A DNA stretch of 63,719 nt, counting the filler, from Perkinsus chesapeaki ATCC PRA-425 (Eukaryota > Protista > Perkinsozoa), in assembly GCA_013115145.1 (NCBI GenBank). It is 14 parts of 14 records of this genome, joined end to end, with 100 filler letters (N's around TTAATTAATTAA, not from the genome) between each part and the next. Parts side by side here need not be neighbours in the genome. Positions count along the whole stretch, not along the records: positions 3,391 to 10,411 come from JAAPAO010001048.1; positions 10,512 to 13,413 come from JAAPAO010001498.1; positions 13,514 to 15,196 come from JAAPAO010001828.1; positions 15,297 to 27,420 come from JAAPAO010000825.1; 10 more parts are not named here. One strand, written 5' to 3'. Position numbers and translations under genes: made by a program. A model generated the notes under the pieces. That model was given only the letters and a program-made list of their open reading frames with translations, was not told where the DNA came from and made no database searches. Positions 10,272 to 20,149 of this stretch are shown here, one piece after another; within the stretch, counting starts at the first letter, position 1, and each line of letters begins with the position of its first letter.

Positions 10272-13200
10272 CTGGAGACAGCCTGATGCATATTAGTGGC
10301 GAGACGATCTATTAGGCCGGGCGAGCCAATTGAGTCCCGGTGTTGTACTAGCAAGTGCCGTGACACAAAAGTTGTCCCCCTGTCCCGATTTTCGGTTCTA
10401 ACACAACTCTGNNNNNNNNNNNNNNNNNNNNNNNNNNNNNNNNNNNNNNNNNNNNTTAATTAATTAANNNNNNNNNNNNNNNNNNNNNNNNNNNNNNNNN
10501 NNNNNNNNNNNGGAGACAATAATCGTGTGCGTTGTGTTATTGGGACACAGGAATGGCTGGGAACACTCCCTTCGTCTATGTCATTTCACCTACACTCGCA
10601 GAGGTCTGCTACGTTAACACAGAATTGTGTCAGCTATGGACAATAGCTTGTGTCAACGCCCCTCAGTGAGGAGCTTCTTTAGATGATCAGCAGTGGGCTC
10701 GTCTATCAATAATCATCAGTCTTTGTCTCTTCATGTGTCTGCGTGCTCAAGCGCACGCGTGCTGGGCTCGGGCCGACCTATGGCCGTCGTTCGTCAGCAT
10801 AAGTGTTAGGGCCGTAGGCAGGCCCTCGTCGATAGGTTAAGGTGATTTGGTTATGGGATAACCTATTGATACTTATTTTAAGGACAGTCTTTAAAATAAG
10901 TGAGTTTAAGTCACTTAAAGTCCTTTTCCCTTTTGAGACATTAATGGCTCAGAGCTCAGTCCAGCGTGGCAATGGCATTGCCGCAATGCAACAACAGATT
11001 AGATTTGAATCGAGCTTGTTTCAGACGGTGCTGAGCTAGAGCTCGCGTAGTCGGGTTGTACACACGGCTCGCTGTCGAGCTGAACATACAAAGCTCGAAG
11101 GAAGGCCGAAGGTAATCGTTTTATGATGCCCGATTAGCAGATCGTGATTCGAGTAGCGATCGCCTGCGTATGATGTGTCATTGGTGGCATTAGTCAGTAA
11201 CAAATGGCCAGCGAGTACATGGTAACTTCGGCAGTGCAGAGCATATAGCCTTTATCTTCGATACCGTCACAGTATCAGTGTAAGTCCGCGAGAATCCCAC
11301 ATGACTCGGCCAAAAATGCGAAGAATAACTCACTAGCTAGTAGCTCATTCGACTACAACTCATTGAGCGACCATTTCAATGAACACGTGAGATGCGGCAG
11401 GTGGGCGGCAGTCCAACTCGCCCGCCCGACCTCATCGCACTCGAAAGAATCTACGTCACTAAACTCGGCAGTCACCCCGCGTAAACTTGGTCAACTACGT
11501 TAACCCTTACCCTTGCTGATCTCGTGTTTTGAGTGTGACGAAGGAATGATGCAAGAGTTGCAGTTGGGAAGTAGATTCACTTTATTGGAGCCTTCTAGGA
11601 GCAAGCAGAGGTGTCTACTTTGTAGCTCATTCGGCTATCTGCTCCGTTACGTACGGCAAAATGATAACGATAACCGCATTACCATTCGATAAGATAGGCT
11701 CGCTACCAGTCACGAGACTACCAGTCTGTAGGGTAACAAAGCCGTTCCCGGCGTTGGACTATAAACTCACGCACGGTGCGTGACGCACCAGTCACCTGTC
11801 TCCTCTCGGGACAGGTAAACCGAGCAGGAAAAGATCTACTCACATCCGCAACATGTAAGCAAAGAATTAAACTACTGTAAGGAGCAGAATGTGGCAATTT
11901 TCTCGGCATTAACTCACACAATCGCTACTCTGCTCTGAAGTAAGCTGGGGTTAAAGCGGGTAACACACCCAACTTATACCGACTTGCGACTTACCTATCG
12001 CGATGACCTGGTAAAGTCTTGTTCAGAAACAGCAATATGCTATCCTCACAGTAGGCTTACCTACTCCACACAGAATTATTGCTTTGAGCCATCTCATCTG
12101 ATAAGACCTATCACTGGAGATCACCAGGAATGAGGGTAAATCTCATTGTGAGGCTCTAATGGTAAGTCTAGCTAACTTAGTCATAATCTGTCTACATGTT
12201 GATTACCGATTGGACAACAGTGAATGCCACGTGTTAGCAAGACGTTCTGAGAAGCTGACCGGGTCCGCCGGACGCATGACTGCATGGCGAGTCTGCCAAA
12301 TACGGCTACCGCCTGCAATGCTTGAACATTGACATGCTATTTTTCAGTCCCCGAACTGTCACCGCCATCTCAGCAAATGCCGAAGCCTTTCTTTTTCCCT
12401 TTCCCGTAAGACCGGGATTATAATATTGTAGAGACTGGAATTCTCAGGCACGACCCGGCCCATATGACCCGATTCCCGCCCTCGGCAATTCAAGAATCTT
12501 GAATCAAGATTGCGTAAGAGCGCTTTGTGGGTTGAATAAAGGGATGATTTCTCTTCCTCAGGAATTGCGTGTGAAGCGTCTTGAGAAACTAGCGGCCAGA
12601 CTTACACGGAAGGAGAACTTATTCGATGGCCTTCGGACCGTGGCTAAGAGTAAGGCTCGGCCGAAGGGCTGGAGGAACCACGTAAGGCTCATCTTCGACT
12701 GGCCGCTACAGTTCTGTTCGAATCACGTATTCAGCACTCGGTTGGGTGATTCCCTAGCAGTTTCCCTAGCAGGAGCCCATCAAAGCAGAGCTTGCTGCCC
12801 GCGTGTAAGAGCTCGTTCAGCCTCCGAATGCGGATATCCCAGCGGTAAAAGAGAGTCTGGCAACTCACCAGTGGTAAGCATGTCGTCACCTTTTTCCAGG
12901 GGGAGCAGCGCCTTCAAGCGCTCGAAGACATGGCAACAAGGCACCGCTATGCTGTCACAGCACAGCACGCAGCGAATCTGTGTGGGCATGCTATCGGTCT
13001 ACTGGGAAGGGCTGTGAACATGGAAGACATGCCGGCAGGAGGCTGATCAGCACGGCCGACCCAATGTGTTCAAAATGTTTGTCGTGTTCGCAGTAGGTGG
13101 TTTGGGGTTACCCTCGACTTGAGCGAAATCGATCTTCCTAAGTGTGAACTTGAATATTCCACTGCTGCGAAATTGAAAGTACCATGAGGGACTGGCGAAT

Positions 13201-13570
13201 ATTGAAAGTCCGAACGCGAAATCGAAGATCATAACGGCGAAATTGAATCAATCTAATTGATTGTCCTAGTCGAGCGAACTTGACTGTACAAACTTATCTT
13301 CTCGAACTTGAGAATCCTATGGCGAAATTGAAAATCCTAACGGCGAAGTGGATCTTCCCGTTTCAGATTCGTGCGCTCAAATTCGCCCGTCGAGACGAAA
13401 TTGATGTTCCTAANNNNNNNNNNNNNNNNNNNNNNNNNNNNNNNNNNNNNNNNNNNNTTAATTAATTAANNNNNNNNNNNNNNNNNNNNNNNNNNNNNNN
13501 NNNNNNNNNNNNNACCTAGTGTGTTAAAGTTCTATAAAGGTCTTTATCGCAGGTTGTTGTTTTCTCATTA

Positions 13571-14716
13571 ATGTCCGAATCCGAACAAGAGTTTGAGTCC
13601 AATACTGAGCCGGCAGACTCCGTAGCGAGTAATGAGGAGAGTGAGGTCGATGCTAATGACCAGGAATGGTTCAACCGCATAGCTGATCCTAAAACTCCCG
13701 CTCCTAAAGCACCAGCTAGCCGTCTAGGAAGAAGTGAATTGGTTGAGGATGATCTCCCTCCAACAGCGGTTGTAGGTGCCAAGAGTAGTGGAGCCCCCAA
13801 AGCAAAGTCAGTTGCTAGGCCTCCTCCACCTCCTAAACATGGGAGATCTCCCCCGGCTACAAGCAGGACCTCTAGGACCAAGATAGAAGAAGCAGCAAGT
13901 CGAAGAAAAAGTTCTTCCAAGGCAGTCAGTTCATCGTCACCATTAGCGGATGTTAGTTCGAGAAGGTCCGCAGCCCCAACAGTATTAGTGTCTCCTCCCA
14001 TGCCTTTTCGAATGGGAAAGAGTTTCGAAGATCCTAAGACGATGCCAGAAGATCTTGACAGATTTCAATCATGGGCAAAGTCCCAAAGTATCGGCTTTGT
14101 GCAAGCAAAGGAACATTGTGAAAGTCTTTTACCTACGACTGTGGAGAGAGTTCTGAGATGGAGCCCGGGAGCAAAGAGTGCGTCATCATGGGATACTTGG
14201 ATACCCTCGGTATTAGAGGCAACTCAACAGGTGTTGGGAGGACCTCAATTGGCGGTGCAATTCCACCACATGTCCATGGGTGATAAAGACCTGAGAGAGT
14301 TTTATCAGGACGTGTATAATATCGGGAGAATCTTGTACCCCCATTACGACGACGAAATGCTCAACGCAGTGATTCGACCGGTGTTCGTCGATGGACTCAC
14401 CCCACAAAGAGTCAGAGATAAAATGCATTCTAAATTGTTCAAGAGACCATCAATGTCATCGACCAAGATGCTCTCAGCGGCACAAGAGCTCATGTATGAA
14501 CAACGACAAGATCAGAAAGCGTTGGCTAGAGGATTGAAGAGGGATAGGGACACCCGTGATGGCGACAGTAAACGTCACCGCGTGGATGCTCTAGTAGCAT
14601 CAGAGTATACCGTTGGAGAAATCGACACTCAGGCAGAAGAGTCACCGGCGAAAACGGAGGATCATAAGCAGTCCAACAAAAGGTCTAAAAAGGGGAAGAA
14701 ACAGGATTTTCATTAG
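13571..14716 (+). mobile_element. LTR-retrotransposon gag-like ORF (381 aa)
   Basis: Intronless. Disordered N-terminus and helical capsid-like middle (IRPVFVDGLTP..VRDKM), immediately followed by an aspartic protease in the -1 frame. No CCHC knuckle seen. Confidence 0.65.
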
Positions 14717-15165
14717 GCGAGGGCTCTAAGGTGGAAAAGGGTAACCTCGCGAAAATCCAAAGGAGAGTTTCCAAACCTGCTGAAGATCCAAGTGTCTGGT
14801 CTGTAAATGGGATTCCTGTTTCAGCTACAATTGACTCGGGCGCCGCAGTATCGGTTATTGGGAACAAATTGGCTCTCGCACTGAAAGAAGCCGGGATTAA
14901 GTGTGAGCCTACAAAAGCTACATTAGCTCCACCTGGAAGTCCTGGAAAGAAGGCTCTAGGAGTAATGGAGTTCACTTTGAGAGAGTCTAATAGTGGTGCG
15001 TTATGGAGTGTAACAGCCTATGTTGGAGAGTGGAAGGAACCTTATGATGAACTACTACTGATCGGAAGAAAGGATTTGGTGAGTAATAGAGTAGTAGTTG
15101 ATTTTGGGACCAACCGATTCCGACTGAAGAGCCAATGGTTACCAATGCCCCAGACTCGTAACTAA
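14689..15165 (+). mobile_element. Retroviral-type aspartic protease ORF in -1 frame relative to gag
   Basis: VNGIPVSATIDSGAAVSVI (DSG catalytic motif) and the downstream LLIGRKDL flap-like motif. Frame open from 14689, with no ATG before the catalytic motif. Confidence 0.85.
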
Positions 15166-15296
15166 GTGATGTAGTTAGTTAATGAGTAGGTAAGCTNNNN
15201 NNNNNNNNNNNNNNNNNNNNNNNNNNNNNNNNNNNNNNNNTTAATTAATTAANNNNNNNNNNNNNNNNNNNNNNNNNNNNNNNNNNNNNNNNNNNN

Positions 15297-15457
15297 AATA
15301 AGACTGAATATATCTATTGAATAAGACTGAATATATCTATTTAATACGACTGAATATATCTATTTAATAAGACTGAATATATCTATTTAATAAGACTGAA
15401 TATATCTATTTAATAAGACTGAATATATCTATTTAATAAGACTGAATATATCTATCC
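15297..15457. repeat. Minisatellite, 23-bp unit AATAAGACTGAATATATCTATTT x7
   Basis: Direct reading. Abuts the gap and lies in a predicted intron. Confidence 0.95.
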
Positions 15458-15464
15458 CTTCTCT

Positions 15465-16200
15465 CACTCTTTTTCCTTTGCTATTCTTGCTCTTTCTTCC
15501 TCCCTTTCCGCCTTAAGCTTCATGGCTCTTTCCTTTATCTTATCATTTTGGCCATCCGTTGTCTCTCTGCGCTCCTCTAGTTCTTTCGCGTACATCTCCC
15601 TAAAACCAATAAACTCATTTCTACCCACCAAAGCCTCTACGATCCTACTGAAAGTGCTACACAATACCGGAGGCCCCGACCAAAAAGTACCGCACTGTAC
15701 GGATACGCAAGCGGAATCTTGCTACTCAAGGATGGACATATTATAGTCTATATTTATTTATTAATTCTATAGTAATACATAGATATATGGTTGTTTATAG
15801 TAGATCTAATACTATTATTTATCATAATATAATCTATTATTAATTTATACTATAATTATAATGATATCTGGTATAATGAGCAAAGACTCCTCTCCGAAAA
15901 CGGTATGAATTTCAGACTCGGTCTTTCCAATCGCCCTCCACGGAAAAGCTGACCAGAAATAAACACTTCCTCAACTTGTAACAGTCAGGGTTGCATTCGA
16001 TCTCAAATTTACACCTTCCTTGGGTTCCAGCTTACTCTTCTTTGTTCAATAGCTGTGAAAGCTTAGCTCGTCTGTGATCAAGAAAAAGCTGCCGGCGTTT
16101 GCGAAGATCAGCGATGCGCGCCTCGACCCTTTGCTGACGATGCACCTGATCACGGAGCCATTCAGCGCCACATAAGTGAGAATTGTCCTTAATGCGGAGA
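15465..16200 (-). CDS. CFAP53/CCDC11-like coiled-coil flagellar protein, partial (two exons)
   Basis: Exons join as ...RIADLRKRRQLFLDHRRAKLSQLLNKEE|EMYAKELEERRETTDGQNDKIKERAMKLKAEREEERARIAKEK, resembling the CFAP53 N-terminal region. Recalled similarity only; coiled coils are promiscuous. Confidence 0.4.
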
Positions 16201-17331
16201 AAATACAATTGAAATTTCTACCCGAGACCAAAAAAGAAAACTTGGATTTGGAGGAGTCGCAGCTCGAAGCTAGCTACTAAGACTCGGAACTCGGAGCGGT
16301 TGAGCACTTGAACGTGGCCCATTCAACGGGCCCTATGGGACCGCTTATCGGTAAATCGATAAACAATTGCTTCATAGCTTCATCGTTACGAAGCAGTACG
16401 CCGACAATAATCTATTAATTCCATTAACATCAGACACTGTCTTTGGTTTCCATAAAAACCTCCGCTGTAAGTCATGTGCGTTCAATCTGGTATGATTATG
16501 TACGTGTCACTGACACGGTGTCAGGAAGTTTGAAAGGCAGCACCGCTTTGCGGAAAGACTCCAAAACCGCTCCCTCAATGTGGCTGAAGAATTCAAAGGT
16601 GGTCGATCTCCGGCTTGAAGATGATCGATAGAGGTTTTCCCCGCAAAAATTCCAGTGCTAAATTCTGGAACCATCCTAATGAAGCATCATTCACCCATTC
16701 AGTCTCTATGAATTCACGTTTCTACCAGCTACCTGGTTACCTCGGTTAGTTCAAGCTTCACAAGAGACTGGCCGAGTTGGATCCGACAATCTCTAAGCTT
16801 TCCCATACTCACCTGCCCCCCTTTATTCTCCCACTCGGCCAACTTCTGTAACGATGAATTCTCAATTGCCGCGGATATTCGATCCTCGTATCTGTTTGAC
16901 AAGCATCCTCAGCGAGCGAGTGTTCGTACTGAATGGAGAGGAAGAGGCGCCTTGTCCTATTATGCACAGTGAAGGTTAATAAAAAATCACTCTTTCATTT
17001 TCTTCTTTCAGAAATACGAAATAAAGCTTGTAAAATGCAACACCGCGGAATCGAACTTGCGACTATCTCCAACATAACGCTGCGATCCAAGCTGCTTACA
17101 GTCTTTCCTGCTTCTGTCGCTGAAGGATGAGTCGATCCGGACGCATTCGCGGCATAGTTAAAAATAGTGAAATCCTTCAGAGCACAACTTCTGAGTTTCC
17201 ACTTTGCCACAACGCAGCGTCTGCTATGCAATCGAGACGTAGGGCTTTCCAATCGAACATGAGGCGAGCGATATTTCCAGTTAATTGCCGTCTCGATAAT
17301 ACATGTAATCAACGTCTCTTATTTGGTTATA

Positions 17332-18775
17332 ATGTTGTTATCATTCCTATTATGGTTATCTATTGGTGGACTGTATGATCTACCTTTAATATATTATGCT
17401 CTATCAAGTGCTAATGATCATGCCTATGCTCCTCGTTCCACTCAAGGCCAATACCCACCTGATACGGTGCCGAGCACACTACCCGTCGGTAAGTACAAGA
17501 GCTCAAAGACGGTATTCTGGTTGAATGTCGGCAAGGATAAGAAATGGGAACTCGGTATGACCTTAAAAACGGGTGAGCGGTCTATTGCGTTTCATCCGCT
17601 GATACAAGAAAAGGGCGAAGATTACATCTGCTACAAGCATAAAACCCAGGAGGACGAGCCTGGAATGCTTCGATTCTTGTCACATAACACCGGGGAGACA
17701 TATAAACTATCATCAATCGTTATATGCCATACGACAGATGGAAGGGTCTGGTTGAAGCCACCCGGGAGAGATGATATTACGCTTACTATGGAGGAAACGG
17801 TTACGCGGAGAATCCATCCTAAACCAAGCACGTTTCGTGGGGCCACTAGAGATCAGGCGTTGCAGCTCCTTAAAAGAAGGGGAAGCTCACAGAAGAATGC
17901 TGAGGCTACTAAAAGGCGTAAGAGTCCAAATGTGGCAAGTGGTAGTGGTGGACGTGAGAAAGAACTGCTACGCCATGCCATGCTGGAAGCGGATATAAAA
18001 CACAGCGAATCGCTCACACAGCCCGCAGTTCGTGGGCTATCAAAAGGGGGTGATAATGCAGGAAAAGGTATACCCAATCATGCTACAACCCCTCAGGAAG
18101 ATGATACTGCAGTAAGGAACGACGCTGTGACTGATGGTTTTTTTCCAAAGAATCAAGCTATAAGCGTGGGATGAAACTTCCGGAGACTTCCACTGGTCAT
18201 ATCCACACGGAAGAATATAGCTTCTCTGGCGTTTCTGATACATTCCCGCTTGGCATCTACGTACCGGCAGAGCTCGACTACAGTCTGTGGGTCCACAATG
18301 ATAACCGCTGCGATATAAGAAAACAGGCAGGTGGTCATTTGTACAATGTATCATTCATATTAGACGATTGGTGTACAAGGGCAGAAAATGGACATCACTC
18401 CTGCTCTGGGCCCGTCAAAAAGCGGTAACGCGGTGGAGACTACCCCTTCGCAAACATTAAGGAAGCAGGTGTCAGCTGTGGCACACGATAATCCAAAGGT
18501 GGAAGGATGTGGAAGGATGGGAAAAAGGGGGCATGCAAAAGGGAAACGATCTGCAGGTACCCGAAGTTTCCCATGATACCGCACCAACAAAGCCTGGAAC
18601 ATCAGATCTCGATGAACTACTTGAAGAACTGCTACAGGAGGATGATCTCCCCTCTGATCCACCTCATTTCGAACAGGCTTCGAATGAGGCAGGTAATCAC
18701 ATTTCTGAGGATGACGAATCACTATTGGGCGACGTGACCTTCGATGATTTATTAAAAGCATGGGAAGAGGAATAG
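17332..18775 (+). CDS. Predicted secreted protein with two PxGxY domains, bipartite NLS and acidic tail (introns 18112-18164 and 18425-18468 predicted)
   Basis: ATG 17332 MLLSFLLWLSIGG; LPVGKY; KRR-x10-KRRK. GT-AG introns restore frame into ORFs 18171 (FPLGIY) and 18509 (LDELLEELL...DDLLKAWEEE*). Confidence 0.65.
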
Positions 18776-19293
18776 CGGTTGTTCAAAGGGTTAGGAGGAT
18801 AATCAAGTAGTTGCTGTCACAACTTGGAAGCAACCTTTCAACCTAAGGATGTTAGCATGTGTAATACTACGGCATACTGATACTTTGTGTTGTGTATAGT
18901 TGAAGCATTACTAAGAAGGGCCCTTACTGAAGAGGAGGTGCATTAACGTTTCCTAATCATTATACCTATCACAGCTGTAGGGAAAAGCATGGTTCAACTG
19001 TGACAGCCGATGATCTGGATGGAGTGGGTGCACAGGTTTTGGAACAGTATGCCAAGGAAGGTCGGATTAGTCTGGATATGCTGGAACCATTCGGTGTCCA
19101 CTACGAACATTGCCAGGAGGCGGAGGAGTGCGAACTTCTACCACCTCCCCAAACCTCGATCCAGTTTGTCGCCAGAGCTCGTCTGCTATGCAATCGAGAC
19201 GTAGGGCTTTCCAATCGAACATGAGGCGAGCGATATTTCCAGTGAATTGCCGTCTCCATAATACATGTAATCAACGTCTCTTATTTGGTTATA

Positions 19294-20103
19294 ATGTTGT
19301 TATCATTCCTATTATGGTTATCTATTGGTGGACTGTATGATCTATCTTTAATATCTTATGCTCTATCAAGTACTAATGATAATAAGTTTACATATGCTAA
19401 ACCCCAACTACCCATTGGAGAATATGTGAACGATGAGCGGGGACTAGAACTAAGCATTAAACCAGGAAACCGATGCATACTCAGCGGGAGGCTTCAAGGT
19501 GGTTCGTTTCGTATGCCACTTGAACTTGTGCCATCAGAAAGAGCAAAATCGTATGTATGTTACAACGACCCGCGAAGGAGCTGGGCATCCTTGGACTCGA
19601 CCGTTCGACGACAGGGTTTCGGAATATTTACCCAACCGTCGCTTCTGAATGGAACAGTAACTCTGTGTCACTCGTTCGAAGGGAGCGTATGGATGAAGCT
19701 ACCACAAGGTTACGAGAATATCAACTTAACTAATAAAACTTCTAAGCGTAAAGAACACCCGGCACAAGGGGAATTAACCAAACCAGTGGAGCATTCTCCA
19801 GCATCAGCGAGGACTGGTGCAGAATTCCATCAACCCCTTCCAAGCCACAGCAAATCGAAGAAGCGTCGCAGTCAACCAGCAGAGCCAAAAAGTGCGCCCA
19901 GTGCTGCAAGAATACTTCATCAACATGACAAATCGGCCAAGCTATCATCGCCGATTGAAGGAGGAGCGGAACGACAAATGGATGGGAAAATGAGAGAAAC
20001 TTCTGACCTCGAGAATACACCCAAAACCGGGATAGATCTCCTACTGCTTGCCGCTGAAACATTGGATAGAGAAGACACGAAGAAGGTCGAGGGGAAGAAT
20101 TAG
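19294..20103 (+). CDS. Predicted secreted protein, paralogue of 17332 gene, with NLS and C-terminal amphipathic LLLLAAE motif
   Basis: Near-identical signal peptide; LPIGEY; SKSKKRR; IDLLLLAAETLDRED near the C-terminus. Intronless. Confidence 0.7.
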   Translation: MLLSFLLWLSIGGLYDLSLISYALSSTNDNKFTYAKPQLPIGEYVNDERGLELSIKPGNRCILSGRLQGGSFRMPLELVPSERAKSYVCYNDPRRSWASLDSTVRRQGFGIFTQPSLLNGTVTLCHSFEGSVWMKLPQGYENINLTNKTSKRKEHPAQGELTKPVEHSPASARTGAEFHQPLPSHSKSKKRRSQPAEPKSAPSAARILHQHDKSAKLSSPIEGGAERQMDGKMRETSDLENTPKTGIDLLLLAAETLDREDTKKVEGKN

Positions 20104-20149
20104 TTAGAATTGAGGGAAGAATTAGGAGAAGAATTATAATTGATGGAGA

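Noticed and set aside
10512-13413. Possible LTR (AATAAA on minus near 11580) and integrase remnant
   Set aside because: No second LTR, PBS, PPT or convincing HHCC/DDE motif could be read; left unannotated.
13516-14001. Long antisense ORFs opposite gag, RT, EXD1-like and F-box-like genes (e.g. 13516-14001, 35940-36317, 38954-39484, 57904-58491)
   Set aside because: Shadow ORFs explained by codon structure of the real gene on the other strand.
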